From a virus (lineage: Duplodnaviria > Caudoviricetes), in the IMG/VR virus record IMGVR_UViG_3300037419_001205, positions 1 to 26,648 of that record: a DNA stretch of 26,648 nt. The stretch is one strand, 5' to 3'. Of this stretch, positions 18,174 to 26,624 are shown one piece after another. How positions within the stretch are numbered: the first letter of the stretch is position 1; each line of letters opens with the position of its first letter. The position numbers and the translations under genes were made by a program. Below the pieces are notes generated by a model. It had not been told where the DNA came from and did no database searches. It saw only the letters and a program-made list of their open reading frames with translations.

Positions 18174-18329
18174 TTACCAACCATCACCGACTCCAGTTAT
18201 AGTGTATCCGTCAGCCTGTTCTGTTACTTTGTCGTTTTGATTGTTCGCATTGTCATTGTTTTGAACAGTACCAGAGTACAATGTAATAGCAGTGACTAAA
18301 CTTGTAACAATCAATAATAATTTTTTCAT
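18174..18329 (-). CDS. Unannotated secreted signalling pro-peptide, 51 aa: MKKLLLIVTSLVTAITLYSGTVQNNDNANNQNDKVTEQADGYTITGVGDGW
   Basis: AGGGAGGTG RBS; MKK plus hydrophobic signal peptide, polar linker, Gly-rich C-terminus; 15 bp after the HTH-TPR gene. Confidence 0.88.
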   Translation of the reverse strand: MKKLLLIVTSLVTAITLYSGTVQNNDNANNQNDKVTEQADGYTITGVGDGW

Positions 18330-18344
18330 GTTTTTCACCTCCCT

Positions 18345-19640
18345 TCAAGCCATGTTATCTCTAAGTAATTGAAGTTTAGTTAATTGTTCTGTCGTTAATC
18401 TGATTCCATGTCTACCGATTAAATCAGTAATATGATAGAACAAGTCTACAATTTCATCTTTGTAGTGTATTTGACAAATATATTCTGCTGACCGGAAATA
18501 TTCCTCAAGTGCGTTAATTGGGTCTGTATCTTTAAGCAACAAACCACTATTCCTTAAATAAAAACCAATCCACTCTGTATATTTAAAGTGATCTTTCTCT
18601 GTTATATGGTTAAGTTTTTTGACTATCTGTTCTTGGTCTTTTTTAGCCTGAGATATATTACCCAAGTAGTATTCTGCGTAAACTTTATCAGTTAAAATGT
18701 TCAATACTTCTATATCATCAACAAGTATTTTATTTGCTACTTCCCAATGTTTTTTGGCTTCGTCATATTTTCTTTGTAAGAAATAACTTCTACCAGTATT
18801 CAGATGAGCATAAGTATACAATCGCTCATTATTTATTAATTTGTCATTGTATAGTTGGATATTCTCCTTATAGCAATTTATAGCTTTGTCATATTGCTTT
18901 ATTTGTAAATACGTATTCCCATGTAGATTTAACGTCCAAGCTACCCTTATGATGTCACTATTATCTGTCCTATAACTTAATGATTTCTCACATCCCACTA
19001 ATGCAGGGATATATTTTTTGTTGAAATAGTTAGCCAAAGCATACCAAAACCAAATTTCCATTAATCTATCTGGATCGTCTGAAATATCTTGTATGACTTT
19101 CTCAATTATACTTAAGAAAAACTCAAACTTCCTTTTGTCATAGCAAGCCTCCCAAACTTGTCTACACAAATCATAAAATTGATTTTTTGGGATAAGTTTA
19201 AAGTGTTTAACTATATATGAAATGAAATTTGGATGAACAGAAGCACCGACCATGTGCTTCCAAATAACAACTTGGAATAAGGTAATAATTAAATCCTTTT
19301 GGTTGCCTTCTTTTTTAATAATGCGAATACATTTATTCAAAGACTTTCTTGCTAGTCTTACTTGATTTAATTCTAATTTCATTTTTTCAATAAATTTTAA
19401 TAAGTCTGGCACATTATTTAGAAGATGTAGATAATCACTATATAACTCATATTTATCTATACCTAATCCTTCTGCAATCAATTCTATATTTTCTAACTTG
19501 GGAGCAGAGTCTCCACGTTCAATCCTAGAATAGGCAGCAATCGAAATAGCAAAGTCAATATTAGCAACAACATCTTCTTGTGTCAATCGCTTGGATTTTC
19601 TTATTAACTTTAACTTTGCTCCAAATTTCTTCTTATCCAT
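18345..19640 (-). CDS. RRNPP-type HTH-TPR peptide-sensing regulator, 431 aa
   Basis: N-terminal XRE HTH (YSRIERG..P), TPR motifs (LNLHGNTY...YDKAINCY; HLNTGRSY...YDEAKKHW); cognate peptide gene downstream. Confidence 0.85.
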   Translation of the reverse strand: MDKKKFGAKLKLIRKSKRLTQEDVVANIDFAISIAAYSRIERGDSAPKLENIELIAEGLGIDKYELYSDYLHLLNNVPDLLKFIEKMKLELNQVRLARKSLNKCIRIIKKEGNQKDLIITLFQVVIWKHMVGASVHPNFISYIVKHFKLIPKNQFYDLCRQVWEACYDKRKFEFFLSIIEKVIQDISDDPDRLMEIWFWYALANYFNKKYIPALVGCEKSLSYRTDNSDIIRVAWTLNLHGNTYLQIKQYDKAINCYKENIQLYNDKLINNERLYTYAHLNTGRSYFLQRKYDEAKKHWEVANKILVDDIEVLNILTDKVYAEYYLGNISQAKKDQEQIVKKLNHITEKDHFKYTEWIGFYLRNSGLLLKDTDPINALEEYFRSAEYICQIHYKDEIVDLFYHITDLIGRHGIRLTTEQLTKLQLLRDNMA

Positions 19641-19850
19641 TTCTTAAGCCCCAGACTAATTCTATATGTCGATACATGTCGTTTTTTTACCTATAATATA
19701 ATACCATTATTACGTATTGGAATAAAACAATAAAATATGGAAGAACTATGATTTGCACGTTATGATTTATAGGAATAATCTAGGTTGCAAGAATGACAAT
19801 GGTGATATACTTACAATGTATTAAATTACCTACAAAGAGAGTTGCATTGA

Positions 19851-20045
19851 ATGAATAGATATAAGCCAAGGATACATTTGATTAGAGAAAAGAGAGGTTT
19901 GAGTCAAACTGAATTAGCTAAAAGAATAAATGTTAGTCAGCCATTATTAAGTAAATGGGAAAGTGGAAAGGCTTACCCTAGATACCCTGAATTAAAGGCA
20001 ATAGCAACAGTATTAAAGTGTTCGATAGAAGACCTATATTTATGA
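19851..20045 (+). CDS. Small Cro/XRE HTH protein (YopS-like position)
   Basis: IREKRGLSQTELA...LSKWESGKAYP; convergent with the yopR-like gene. Confidence 0.85.
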   Translation: MNRYKPRIHLIREKRGLSQTELAKRINVSQPLLSKWESGKAYPRYPELKAIATVLKCSIEDLYL

Positions 20046-20048
20046 CGT

Positions 20049-20085
20049 AACCCCACTCAGGAATTGGAAGTGGGGTTTGTTGTTT
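20049..20085 (+). terminator. Terminator between convergent genes
   Basis: AACCCCACT-N11-AGTGGGGTT followed by a T-rich run. Confidence 0.6.
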
Positions 20086-20141
20086 ATGTGGGTTGTTAGT
20101 TATATATTTATCTAAAAATAAAACACTGCTTTTACAGTGCT

Positions 20142-21164
20142 TTAGATGTCGTATAATTTAGAAATATTCTTCATATTAATCCATTCTTTTAAAGGACTCC
20201 AGTTGTAGAACTCATATTTGCCATTCTTCACTTTTGGCATTTGGTAATACTCCATTATCTCGATATATTGATCTTTGTCTAAAATTCCATCCCTTTTGTA
20301 TAATTGAAATCCCATAAATATTTGACCGGATCTATATATATTCTTACTCGTTAAATACGGATTCTCAAATAACTCACTTATCGTAGATAGTCTTCTATAA
20401 ATAACATGAGGACTAACACTATCCATCGGCTGTGTGTTACGTGTGGCTCCCACTCTAATTACATAATCATTATCAACTAATAAAGTTACTGGACTCTGAT
20501 TTTCTCTTAAATCGGCTTCATTATTTTTTTTATAATATTCTTTTTCCTCCGTAGCCTTCCTAATCAAAGCAATACAATCTCTGCTAACTTCATAATTTTC
20601 ACGAATTACTTTTCCATCTTTATCTCTCAAGGTTAAAATATTGTTATCATAATCAACATCTTTCTTTAATAAATGGCATATAGAATGCACGTCAACACCT
20701 TCAAATAAAAGTTGAAACAATACTCCATCTTGTGCATTTTTACATCCATGATTCTCATCTGTTAATTGATCTAATTCATGTTTTGATATATAAATCATTA
20801 CATTCTTATCTACAAATTGCTTAAACCAATCTTTTGGAACCAAGGTTAATGGATTAATGTTATTACTTCTATGACCGTTTTCTATAGACCAAGTTAAAAA
20901 TGATTTGATGGTTGAAAAATTTGATCTACTTGCCGATATGGTGAGTGGATTAAGCTCTTGCATAACCCTTTCAATTTCAGAAATGTTAAATTCCGACAAA
21001 TCTTTACCTAGTTTTTCTTCTAGTGACCCACTTCTGTAAAAAACTCTCTTATAAGTTTCCGCTGTCTTATCTCCGAAAGTATCTAAAAATTCATTTTTAA
21101 TAACTTCATTGTACATCTTATAATCTTCTTCAGTATATTTAAAGTTCCCCTTCATATTAGGCAA
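20142..21164 (-). CDS. YopR/MrpR (SroF)-like lysogeny repressor with degenerate tyrosine-recombinase fold
   Basis: Integrase-like layout; LLFEGVD lacks the catalytic Arg and KNIYRSG replaces HxxR; directly after the yopQ-like gene as in SPbeta. Confidence 0.8.
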   Translation of the reverse strand: MPNMKGNFKYTEEDYKMYNEVIKNEFLDTFGDKTAETYKRVFYRSGSLEEKLGKDLSEFNISEIERVMQELNPLTISASRSNFSTIKSFLTWSIENGHRSNNINPLTLVPKDWFKQFVDKNVMIYISKHELDQLTDENHGCKNAQDGVLFQLLFEGVDVHSICHLLKKDVDYDNNILTLRDKDGKVIRENYEVSRDCIALIRKATEEKEYYKKNNEADLRENQSPVTLLVDNDYVIRVGATRNTQPMDSVSPHVIYRRLSTISELFENPYLTSKNIYRSGQIFMGFQLYKRDGILDKDQYIEIMEYYQMPKVKNGKYEFYNWSPLKEWINMKNISKLYDI

Positions 21165-22479
21165 CCACCTTCATATCTAATTTTGAGAAATAATCTTTTA
21201 TTTTAGTCCGTGCTTTTCCTGTTACAGTCTCTTTCTCGTCTAATACGCCTAATTCTCTCCAAAGAGGATTGTTTCTAGAAAAATCAATTGAATCTAATAC
21301 ACTTTTTATTTTAGAAACTCTTATGCCCTGATCTTTGAACAATTTACTTAATGCAATATAGCCAGCAAACATTACATTATGGGACATTAAATTATCCTTA
21401 GATGGATTGTTGAATTCGTTAGGATAATAAGAGATTAAGTAATCAAAGAAATCTTTTAGATAGTCAAACACTTCGTCCGATTCAATTTTGTTACTAATTG
21501 AATACACCTCGTCAATTGTGTCAGCTAGGGTATTCGAACTAACGATATGCCCAACAGATGTTGTTACTTTTGAAGTTCGTGAAATCCTCCCCTTTAGTTC
21601 GGATTCTACTCCCAATCGTCTTACTATTAAATCTGATTTCCTTGCTTGTTTTATTGCTTTAAGATGCCCCGCATCCATAGGGTTTACCGTGTTTACCTGT
21701 CCAACTAAATCCTGAGCATCACGTAAATTATAATTGTTTATGGACACTTTAAATGTGAATTCTATTTCTGGATTTATGGTCAAAGCTTGTAATGCTCCAC
21801 TGATCCTATGAAATCCGTCCAGAATATCAACAATTGACCCTTTTAATATTGTCAAACTTTTACTTTTAACGTCATAATGAATATCGTCTCCCGAATCACT
21901 ACTTCCATTTCGGACATTAAAAGTTATAGTTGTTGATTTCAGTGTGCCATTTAGAATGTGTTCTGCAATTTCTTTTACACTCTTTGGATTTACATTTGGA
22001 GTTTCAATAATTTTGTCGCCTTTTCTAACAAGTTTAGCATTTCTTTGCGTATCAAAATTATAGGTTAATAAATTATTGTCCATCCATTTCTTAATATCTA
22101 TAATAGACATTTTTGTAACATAATCATCTACGTCAACTTGAATTACTTCGTTTAGTGTTATTGGAAAATCAATTTTTTCATTTTCAACCACTTCCTCATA
22201 AGTCTTAGATTCTTTAATTTCATTTGGCGTGAAATATTTTTCCGGTGCAATTAAATCATTTTTTGTTATTTCAAAAGCCTCTAAAGTTAATAAGCAAAGT
22301 ACTCTTGCATCTATTTCATCTAACGGAGTTGACCCTTGAATATATGATTGTGTATCTCCACCATAAATGTTATATTTTTTGTCTAATTCTTTTTTGAGTT
22401 TATCAACTAATTTTCTATTCTTTTTTAGATCGCCAAAGACGGTCATTAAATTATTTTCTAGTGCATCTCTATTTTTCAT
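21157..22479 (-). CDS. YopQ-like DGQHR/DndB (ParB-superfamily) protein
   Basis: YNFDTQR, TITFN, ILDGFHR motifs; overlaps the start of the yopR-like gene. Confidence 0.8.
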   Translation of the reverse strand: MKNRDALENNLMTVFGDLKKNRKLVDKLKKELDKKYNIYGGDTQSYIQGSTPLDEIDARVLCLLTLEAFEITKNDLIAPEKYFTPNEIKESKTYEEVVENEKIDFPITLNEVIQVDVDDYVTKMSIIDIKKWMDNNLLTYNFDTQRNAKLVRKGDKIIETPNVNPKSVKEIAEHILNGTLKSTTITFNVRNGSSDSGDDIHYDVKSKSLTILKGSIVDILDGFHRISGALQALTINPEIEFTFKVSINNYNLRDAQDLVGQVNTVNPMDAGHLKAIKQARKSDLIVRRLGVESELKGRISRTSKVTTSVGHIVSSNTLADTIDEVYSISNKIESDEVFDYLKDFFDYLISYYPNEFNNPSKDNLMSHNVMFAGYIALSKLFKDQGIRVSKIKSVLDSIDFSRNNPLWRELGVLDEKETVTGKARTKIKDYFSKLDMKVVA

Positions 22480-22534
22480 AATTTAATTCTCCTTTGTGAT
22501 ATTCATCACCGAATTATACATTATCCTATTCAAA

Positions 22535-22563
22535 AGTATATCCAAAAAGTATAGTTTATACAA
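22535..22563 (-). promoter_or_regulatory. Promoter for the yopQ-yopR-like pair
   Basis: TTGTAT-17-TATACT, with a repeated TATACTTTT. Confidence 0.6.
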
Positions 22564-22633
22564 GTTTTTTTTATATCTATATGAGAAAATCGTCCAACAA
22601 TTTACGACATCCATACAAAATAAAAACCTGCAA

Positions 22634-24739
22634 CTATGCAGGTAAACTAAGGACTTTATTTTTTATGAAATCATTAAATTGCTCTGGAGTATTATCATAT
22701 CCATAAATATTATGAAATTCGTTATGGATATCTTTTGTCAACGGGACTCCTAATCCGTATTTATCATGAAGCTCAAGACATTTGTCGGATAATGTTTTTA
22801 ATTCATCTTTGGTATATTTCCCATAGTGATCGTATAAGTCTAATCCCAATTCAATCAAAGTCTCAACTACAATTTTATTAAAACTGTACAAGTGGTGAAC
22901 CTGTAAGTTTTTTGTTTGATTCGTTATGGTACATTTGAAATTATATTTCTTAAATGATTTTATTCTCCAATCATAAAGTTTCGACCTCAAATAGTTAGAC
23001 AGTGAATTTTCACCACCCTTCCAGTTGTAATGATTCACTCCTGAAAGTTTGACTATTTTACAATTAATACATTTGCTACCTCTTGTTAAACTAGAGAAAG
23101 TTATCTTAGATTTATTACCACAAATGCACAAATAATCTAATTGGTCATTTGCGTTAACATAATTCTCACTCAACAATGTACATCCTTCTTTTTCAAAATA
23201 ACTTTTTACATATTCATAATCGTGTCTTCTTTTTTCTGCTGTTTTATCAATTCCACATTTTTTACATCTGCTACCATTCTTAAAAGATTCAAAAGTTGCT
23301 ATATTTTCCTCTCCACATTCACACACATATCTTAATTTTTCATGGGTGTTAGTATAACTTTCAGAAAGTAGCAAACAATTATTTTCTAAATAATAATTAA
23401 ACACCTTATCATATGTCGCTCTTCTTTTATTAGCTCGTTTACTTACGCCACATTCCCAACATCTATAACCAAATTTAAAATCCGCATATCTTATTTTACT
23501 AATATTTCCACATTCACAGATGTAATCTAAAATTTCACTGTTGTTGATATATTTCTCAGATAATAAAATACAACCACTTTTATGAAAGTGTTCTCTTACC
23601 TCACTGTATGACAATCTCTGTGCTGCTGATTTTCTTTCTGGCATACACTGTCTACATCTAATTCCCCTTGAGAAACTGTCGAGTGTTGTACGTCCCAACT
23701 CTCCGCATTCACATTTGAACATGAGGGGAGATTTACTATTGAAATATTCGTTTGAAATTAATTCACAATCACTTTGTACAAAAATTTTTCTTACTTGTTC
23801 GATTGTATATTTTTTTGTTCCACCACAAGTAGCACATCTCGTTCCAGATTTAAACTTATTGAATCTTGCATTGTAATTATGCCCTTTGGGACAAATTGTT
23901 TTTAATAAGGCTCTTCCATGATTATATTCTGTAGATAGTAACTGATATCCCTCTTTTTCAATAAAAGATTTTACTTCTTCGTATGTGTACTTTCTAGTGG
24001 AAGCACACATATTGCATCTGTGTCCCAATTTAAAACAATTAAAAGTAGTTTTATATACATGATTATGATTACATTTAATTTTTAATTTACTACCTGAGTT
24101 GACATACTCTTTTGATAGCAACTCATATCCACTTTCTCCTTCAATAAAACTTTTCACATACTCATACGTATGCTTCTTATTACCAGAACAAATTGCACAT
24201 CTATTTTCATTATTCTTAAATTCACTGAATGAAACACTGTATTCATGACCTTTTGGGCAGATTGTTTTTAGTTTTTTAGTAGCATTTTTATATTCAGTTG
24301 AAATTAATTGATATCCGTATTGACAAAAATACTCTACTACATAATCATACTGGTATTTAGCGTTTCCGTAACAATATTTGCATCTATGTCCCTTTTGGAA
24401 ATTGGAGAAAATCATCTTTACTTTGTGACCTTGTGGGCATATCATATTTAAATTTTTACTATTTTTCTCATAAGTTTCATCGATTAAGGTATAGGCTTCA
24501 TTCTCAATGAATGATTTGACATATTTATACCCTAATTTATTTCTTTGTAAAAAACATTCTCTGCATCTTTTGCCAGCTTTGAATTTACTAAATGATATTT
24601 TACATGTGTGACCCTGATTGCAAATCAAATCTAGTTTATCGATGGATTTTTTATACACTGTAGATAGTAATATGTAATTTTCTTTTTCGATAACTTCTTT
24701 TACTAAATCAATTGTTATTTTTTTCTCACTGCTTCCCAT
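22634..24739 (-). CDS. Nine-repeat Zn-finger protein with C-terminal HNH-like nuclease domain
   Basis: Nine ~60-aa repeats, NHYNWKGG linker, then C...LQVHHL...H..FH..YG..N; AGAGG RBS favours ATG 24739 (alternative 24748). Confidence 0.8.
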   Translation of the reverse strand: MGSSEKKITIDLVKEVIEKENYILLSTVYKKSIDKLDLICNQGHTCKISFSKFKAGKRCRECFLQRNKLGYKYVKSFIENEAYTLIDETYEKNSKNLNMICPQGHKVKMIFSNFQKGHRCKYCYGNAKYQYDYVVEYFCQYGYQLISTEYKNATKKLKTICPKGHEYSVSFSEFKNNENRCAICSGNKKHTYEYVKSFIEGESGYELLSKEYVNSGSKLKIKCNHNHVYKTTFNCFKLGHRCNMCASTRKYTYEEVKSFIEKEGYQLLSTEYNHGRALLKTICPKGHNYNARFNKFKSGTRCATCGGTKKYTIEQVRKIFVQSDCELISNEYFNSKSPLMFKCECGELGRTTLDSFSRGIRCRQCMPERKSAAQRLSYSEVREHFHKSGCILLSEKYINNSEILDYICECGNISKIRYADFKFGYRCWECGVSKRANKRRATYDKVFNYYLENNCLLLSESYTNTHEKLRYVCECGEENIATFESFKNGSRCKKCGIDKTAEKRRHDYEYVKSYFEKEGCTLLSENYVNANDQLDYLCICGNKSKITFSSLTRGSKCINCKIVKLSGVNHYNWKGGENSLSNYLRSKLYDWRIKSFKKYNFKCTITNQTKNLQVHHLYSFNKIVVETLIELGLDLYDHYGKYTKDELKTLSDKCLELHDKYGLGVPLTKDIHNEFHNIYGYDNTPEQFNDFIKNKVLSLPA

Positions 24740-24751
24740 TCTAAACATCCT

Positions 24752-24844
24752 CTCTCATGTTTATTTCACTCTCATAATATTTCTGAGGGAAGATGGTGAG
24801 AGTTCCATCTTATCAAACAGGTTGATCAGACCCATTCTATCCCT
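24752..24844 (-). ncRNA. Structured 5' leader RNA: three-way junction whose loop is complementary to two downstream sites
   Basis: P1 AGGG/CCCU, P2 AAUGGGU/ACCUGUU, P3 AAGAUGG/CCAUCUU with loop AACUCUCA; targets UGAGAGU and UGAGAG. Confidence 0.6.
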
Positions 24845-24850
24845 AACTGT

Positions 24851-24879
24851 ATTATAATACTTCTCACATTAACTGTAAA
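24851..24879 (-). promoter_or_regulatory. sigma-A promoter for the leader and HNH gene
   Basis: TTTACA-17-TATAAT; predicted +1 coincides with the start of P1. Confidence 0.8.
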
Positions 24880-24912
24880 TATGTTTATTTAATTTATTTT
24901 TACACCTATAAG

Positions 24913-24939
24913 AAAAAAGACAGATATCTCAATCTGTCT
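24913..24939 (-). terminator. Intrinsic terminator, copy 1
   Basis: AGACAGAT..ATCTGTCT hairpin plus U-tract. Confidence 0.75.
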
Positions 24940-25505
24940 TAGTCCCATAAACGTCTATCTTTAAAGTCTCCAGCTCTCATATAGTTTCCAAAGTTGTCTC
25001 GTAAATCATCAGAATCGGGGTGGGCTGGATACACTTTCATTGAACTCTTACAACTTCTACAGCGCACCTCTGTAGTTCCTTTAGGTAAATAATGATTCCC
25101 TCGATCATTACAAATGGCACACTGATAATGACATATATAAACTGTCTGACCGTCTCTTTCTTTTGTACCTGATCTCCAAATATCTGTGCATTCATTTTGA
25201 GAAGTGTATATCTCTTGTAGTTGATTATCTTGTAAAGTTTCAGTCATAACTTCTTTTATATCTTCAAGTTTTTCAATATTTTTATCAACTTTATATTCCG
25301 GTTCTTCACTCTTTATTTCATCAAAGAACCCTTTATATAAATCCTCAATCTTAGAATATGTCTTTGACACTTCTAGAATGTCTGTGGATATACCAAACAA
25401 TTGAAATACATTTTGAATAATCATCAACTTACTTATATTATCAGCATCACTAATTTCTAAATCGGCTCTTTTATCTCCATCGACAATTTGAATTTTAATC
25501 TGCAT
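24939..25505 (-). CDS. Hypothetical protein with C-terminal Zn ribbon, 188 aa
   Basis: CAIC...CRSC; AGAGG RBS. Confidence 0.75.
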   Translation of the reverse strand: MQIKIQIVDGDKRADLEISDADNISKLMIIQNVFQLFGISTDILEVSKTYSKIEDLYKGFFDEIKSEEPEYKVDKNIEKLEDIKEVMTETLQDNQLQEIYTSQNECTDIWRSGTKERDGQTVYICHYQCAICNDRGNHYLPKGTTEVRCRSCKSSMKVYPAHPDSDDLRDNFGNYMRAGDFKDRRLWD

Positions 25506-25569
25506 ATAAACCTCTTGTTGTTTTTATTTATAATTATAAGTTAACAAGTAAACAATTTCATCACAAAAT

Positions 25570-25596
25570 AAAAAAGACAGATAATTTAATCTGTCT
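25570..25596 (-). terminator. Intrinsic terminator, copy 2
   Basis: Same stem and U-tract as 24913-24939, differing only in the loop. Confidence 0.75.
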
Positions 25597-25645
25597 AATA
25601 AAAGTACCATTTTATTTGAAAAATCGATGCTGTAAACCCTTGATA

Positions 25646-26284
25646 TTACTGGGTTTTAAACATGTCTTTCAATTGCTCTTCATATAAAGTAGCATCAAAA
25701 TCATCCTTAAATTCAATAGCATTCCCTAAACAATTATTATCTTTATCATAAAGTTGAATAATCCATTTGTTTTCAAGTATATCACGGTCTTTACCAACCC
25801 TAATTGGAAATGCTTCTTTAAGCCACCAATTCTTAGTTGGTTTTGCCATAGGAACCCAAATGATTTTATCAGTTAGTTTACTTAAATGTTCATTAAACTC
25901 TTTTTGAGATTTATTTAGTAATTGTTTAGTGGAAACTATATTCATACTCCATTGTTCCTTATATCCTTCTAATGATGCATTTTCTTCTCTCATTATTAAA
26001 TGAACTAATTGCTGTTCAAATGATGTTTTCATTGCATGATGGCGAGATAGTTCCAATTCTATCATACGCATTTCATTTGTATAGTCACTTATTCCAAGTA
26101 AAAAATCAACACTCTCTCCAAATAAATTTGATATTTCAACCAATGTCTCTAACTTTGGATCTCTTTGATTGTACTCTATTTTTGCATATCCAGAAGGCGA
26201 CATACCAAGTTTAGCAGCCATTTCCTTATGAGTGAATTTGTGTGTTTCTCTGAGCCATTTTAATCTTCTTGCGAATACTTCCAT
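25646..26284 (-). CDS. XRE-family HTH regulator with uncharacterised C-terminal domain
   Basis: FARRLKWLRE...HKEMA...YAKIEYNQRDP...SVDFLLG; GGGGTG RBS before ATG 26284. Confidence 0.85.
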   Translation of the reverse strand: MEVFARRLKWLRETHKFTHKEMAAKLGMSPSGYAKIEYNQRDPKLETLVEISNLFGESVDFLLGISDYTNEMRMIELELSRHHAMKTSFEQQLVHLIMREENASLEGYKEQWSMNIVSTKQLLNKSQKEFNEHLSKLTDKIIWVPMAKPTKNWWLKEAFPIRVGKDRDILENKWIIQLYDKDNNCLGNAIEFKDDFDATLYEEQLKDMFKTQ

Positions 26285-26304
26285 GCAACCACCCCATTTA
26301 GTCA

Positions 26305-26333
26305 TTGACTATAACCCAATTTGGGTATATTAT
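26305..26333 (+). promoter_or_regulatory. Promoter with palindromic operator in the spacer
   Basis: TTGACT-17-TATTAT; ACCCAA-T-TTGGGT at 26314-26326. Confidence 0.7.
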
Positions 26334-26397
26334 TATATTCAAAGAGGGACAACCTCATTATACAATATGGGCGAGGAAAATTAAAGGAGGAACTTAC

Positions 26398-26598
26398 ATG
26401 GAAGCATTCGGTACACTTACTTTACCAATCTCAATTAAATTGGACGCATCAAATTATGATGAGGCTTTGAGGAAGATTTACGAGTTAATTAATGACCTGA
26501 ATATAAATATCACTGGTCTTGATATACCTACAGTTTCAGGGAAAATACATAAGGTTAAAGTCCATGATCACAATATAACTTGGGATGAAATATTTTAA
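26398..26598 (+). CDS. Hypothetical protein, 66 aa (MEAFGTL...); start reassigned
   Basis: AAAGGAGG RBS 7 nt before ATG 26398; followed by a terminator. Confidence 0.75.
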   Translation: MEAFGTLTLPISIKLDASNYDEALRKIYELINDLNINITGLDIPTVSGKIHKVKVHDHNITWDEIF

Positions 26599-26624
26599 AC
26601 CTCCTTTTGGGAGGTTTTTATTTT
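26597..26624 (+). terminator. Intrinsic terminator
   Basis: AAACCTCC-N5-GGAGGTTT plus T-tract. Confidence 0.75.

Noticed and set aside
18174-19640. Naming the pair aimR/aimP
   Set aside because: Peptide, receptor N-terminus and gene position differ from the arbitrium systems I know; needs phylogeny
20142-21164. Active integrase marking a prophage end
   Set aside because: Catalytic motifs degenerate; phage genes on both sides; no att site seen
21157-22479. Dnd phosphorothioation defence system
   Set aside because: Only a DndB/DGQHR-like domain; no dndACDE, and the context matches yopQ
22634-24748. CRISPR array or DNA tandem repeat
   Set aside because: Repeats are diverged protein-level units with no identical nucleotide repeat-spacer pattern
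24786-24844. tRNA gene
   Set aside because: About 60 nt with only two hairpins; no cloverleaf, TTC arm or CCA end
16110-26214. ORFs 16110-16325, 16556-16783, 21488-21715, 23141-23335, 25972-26214
   Set aside because: Antisense to real genes or running across promoter/operator DNA
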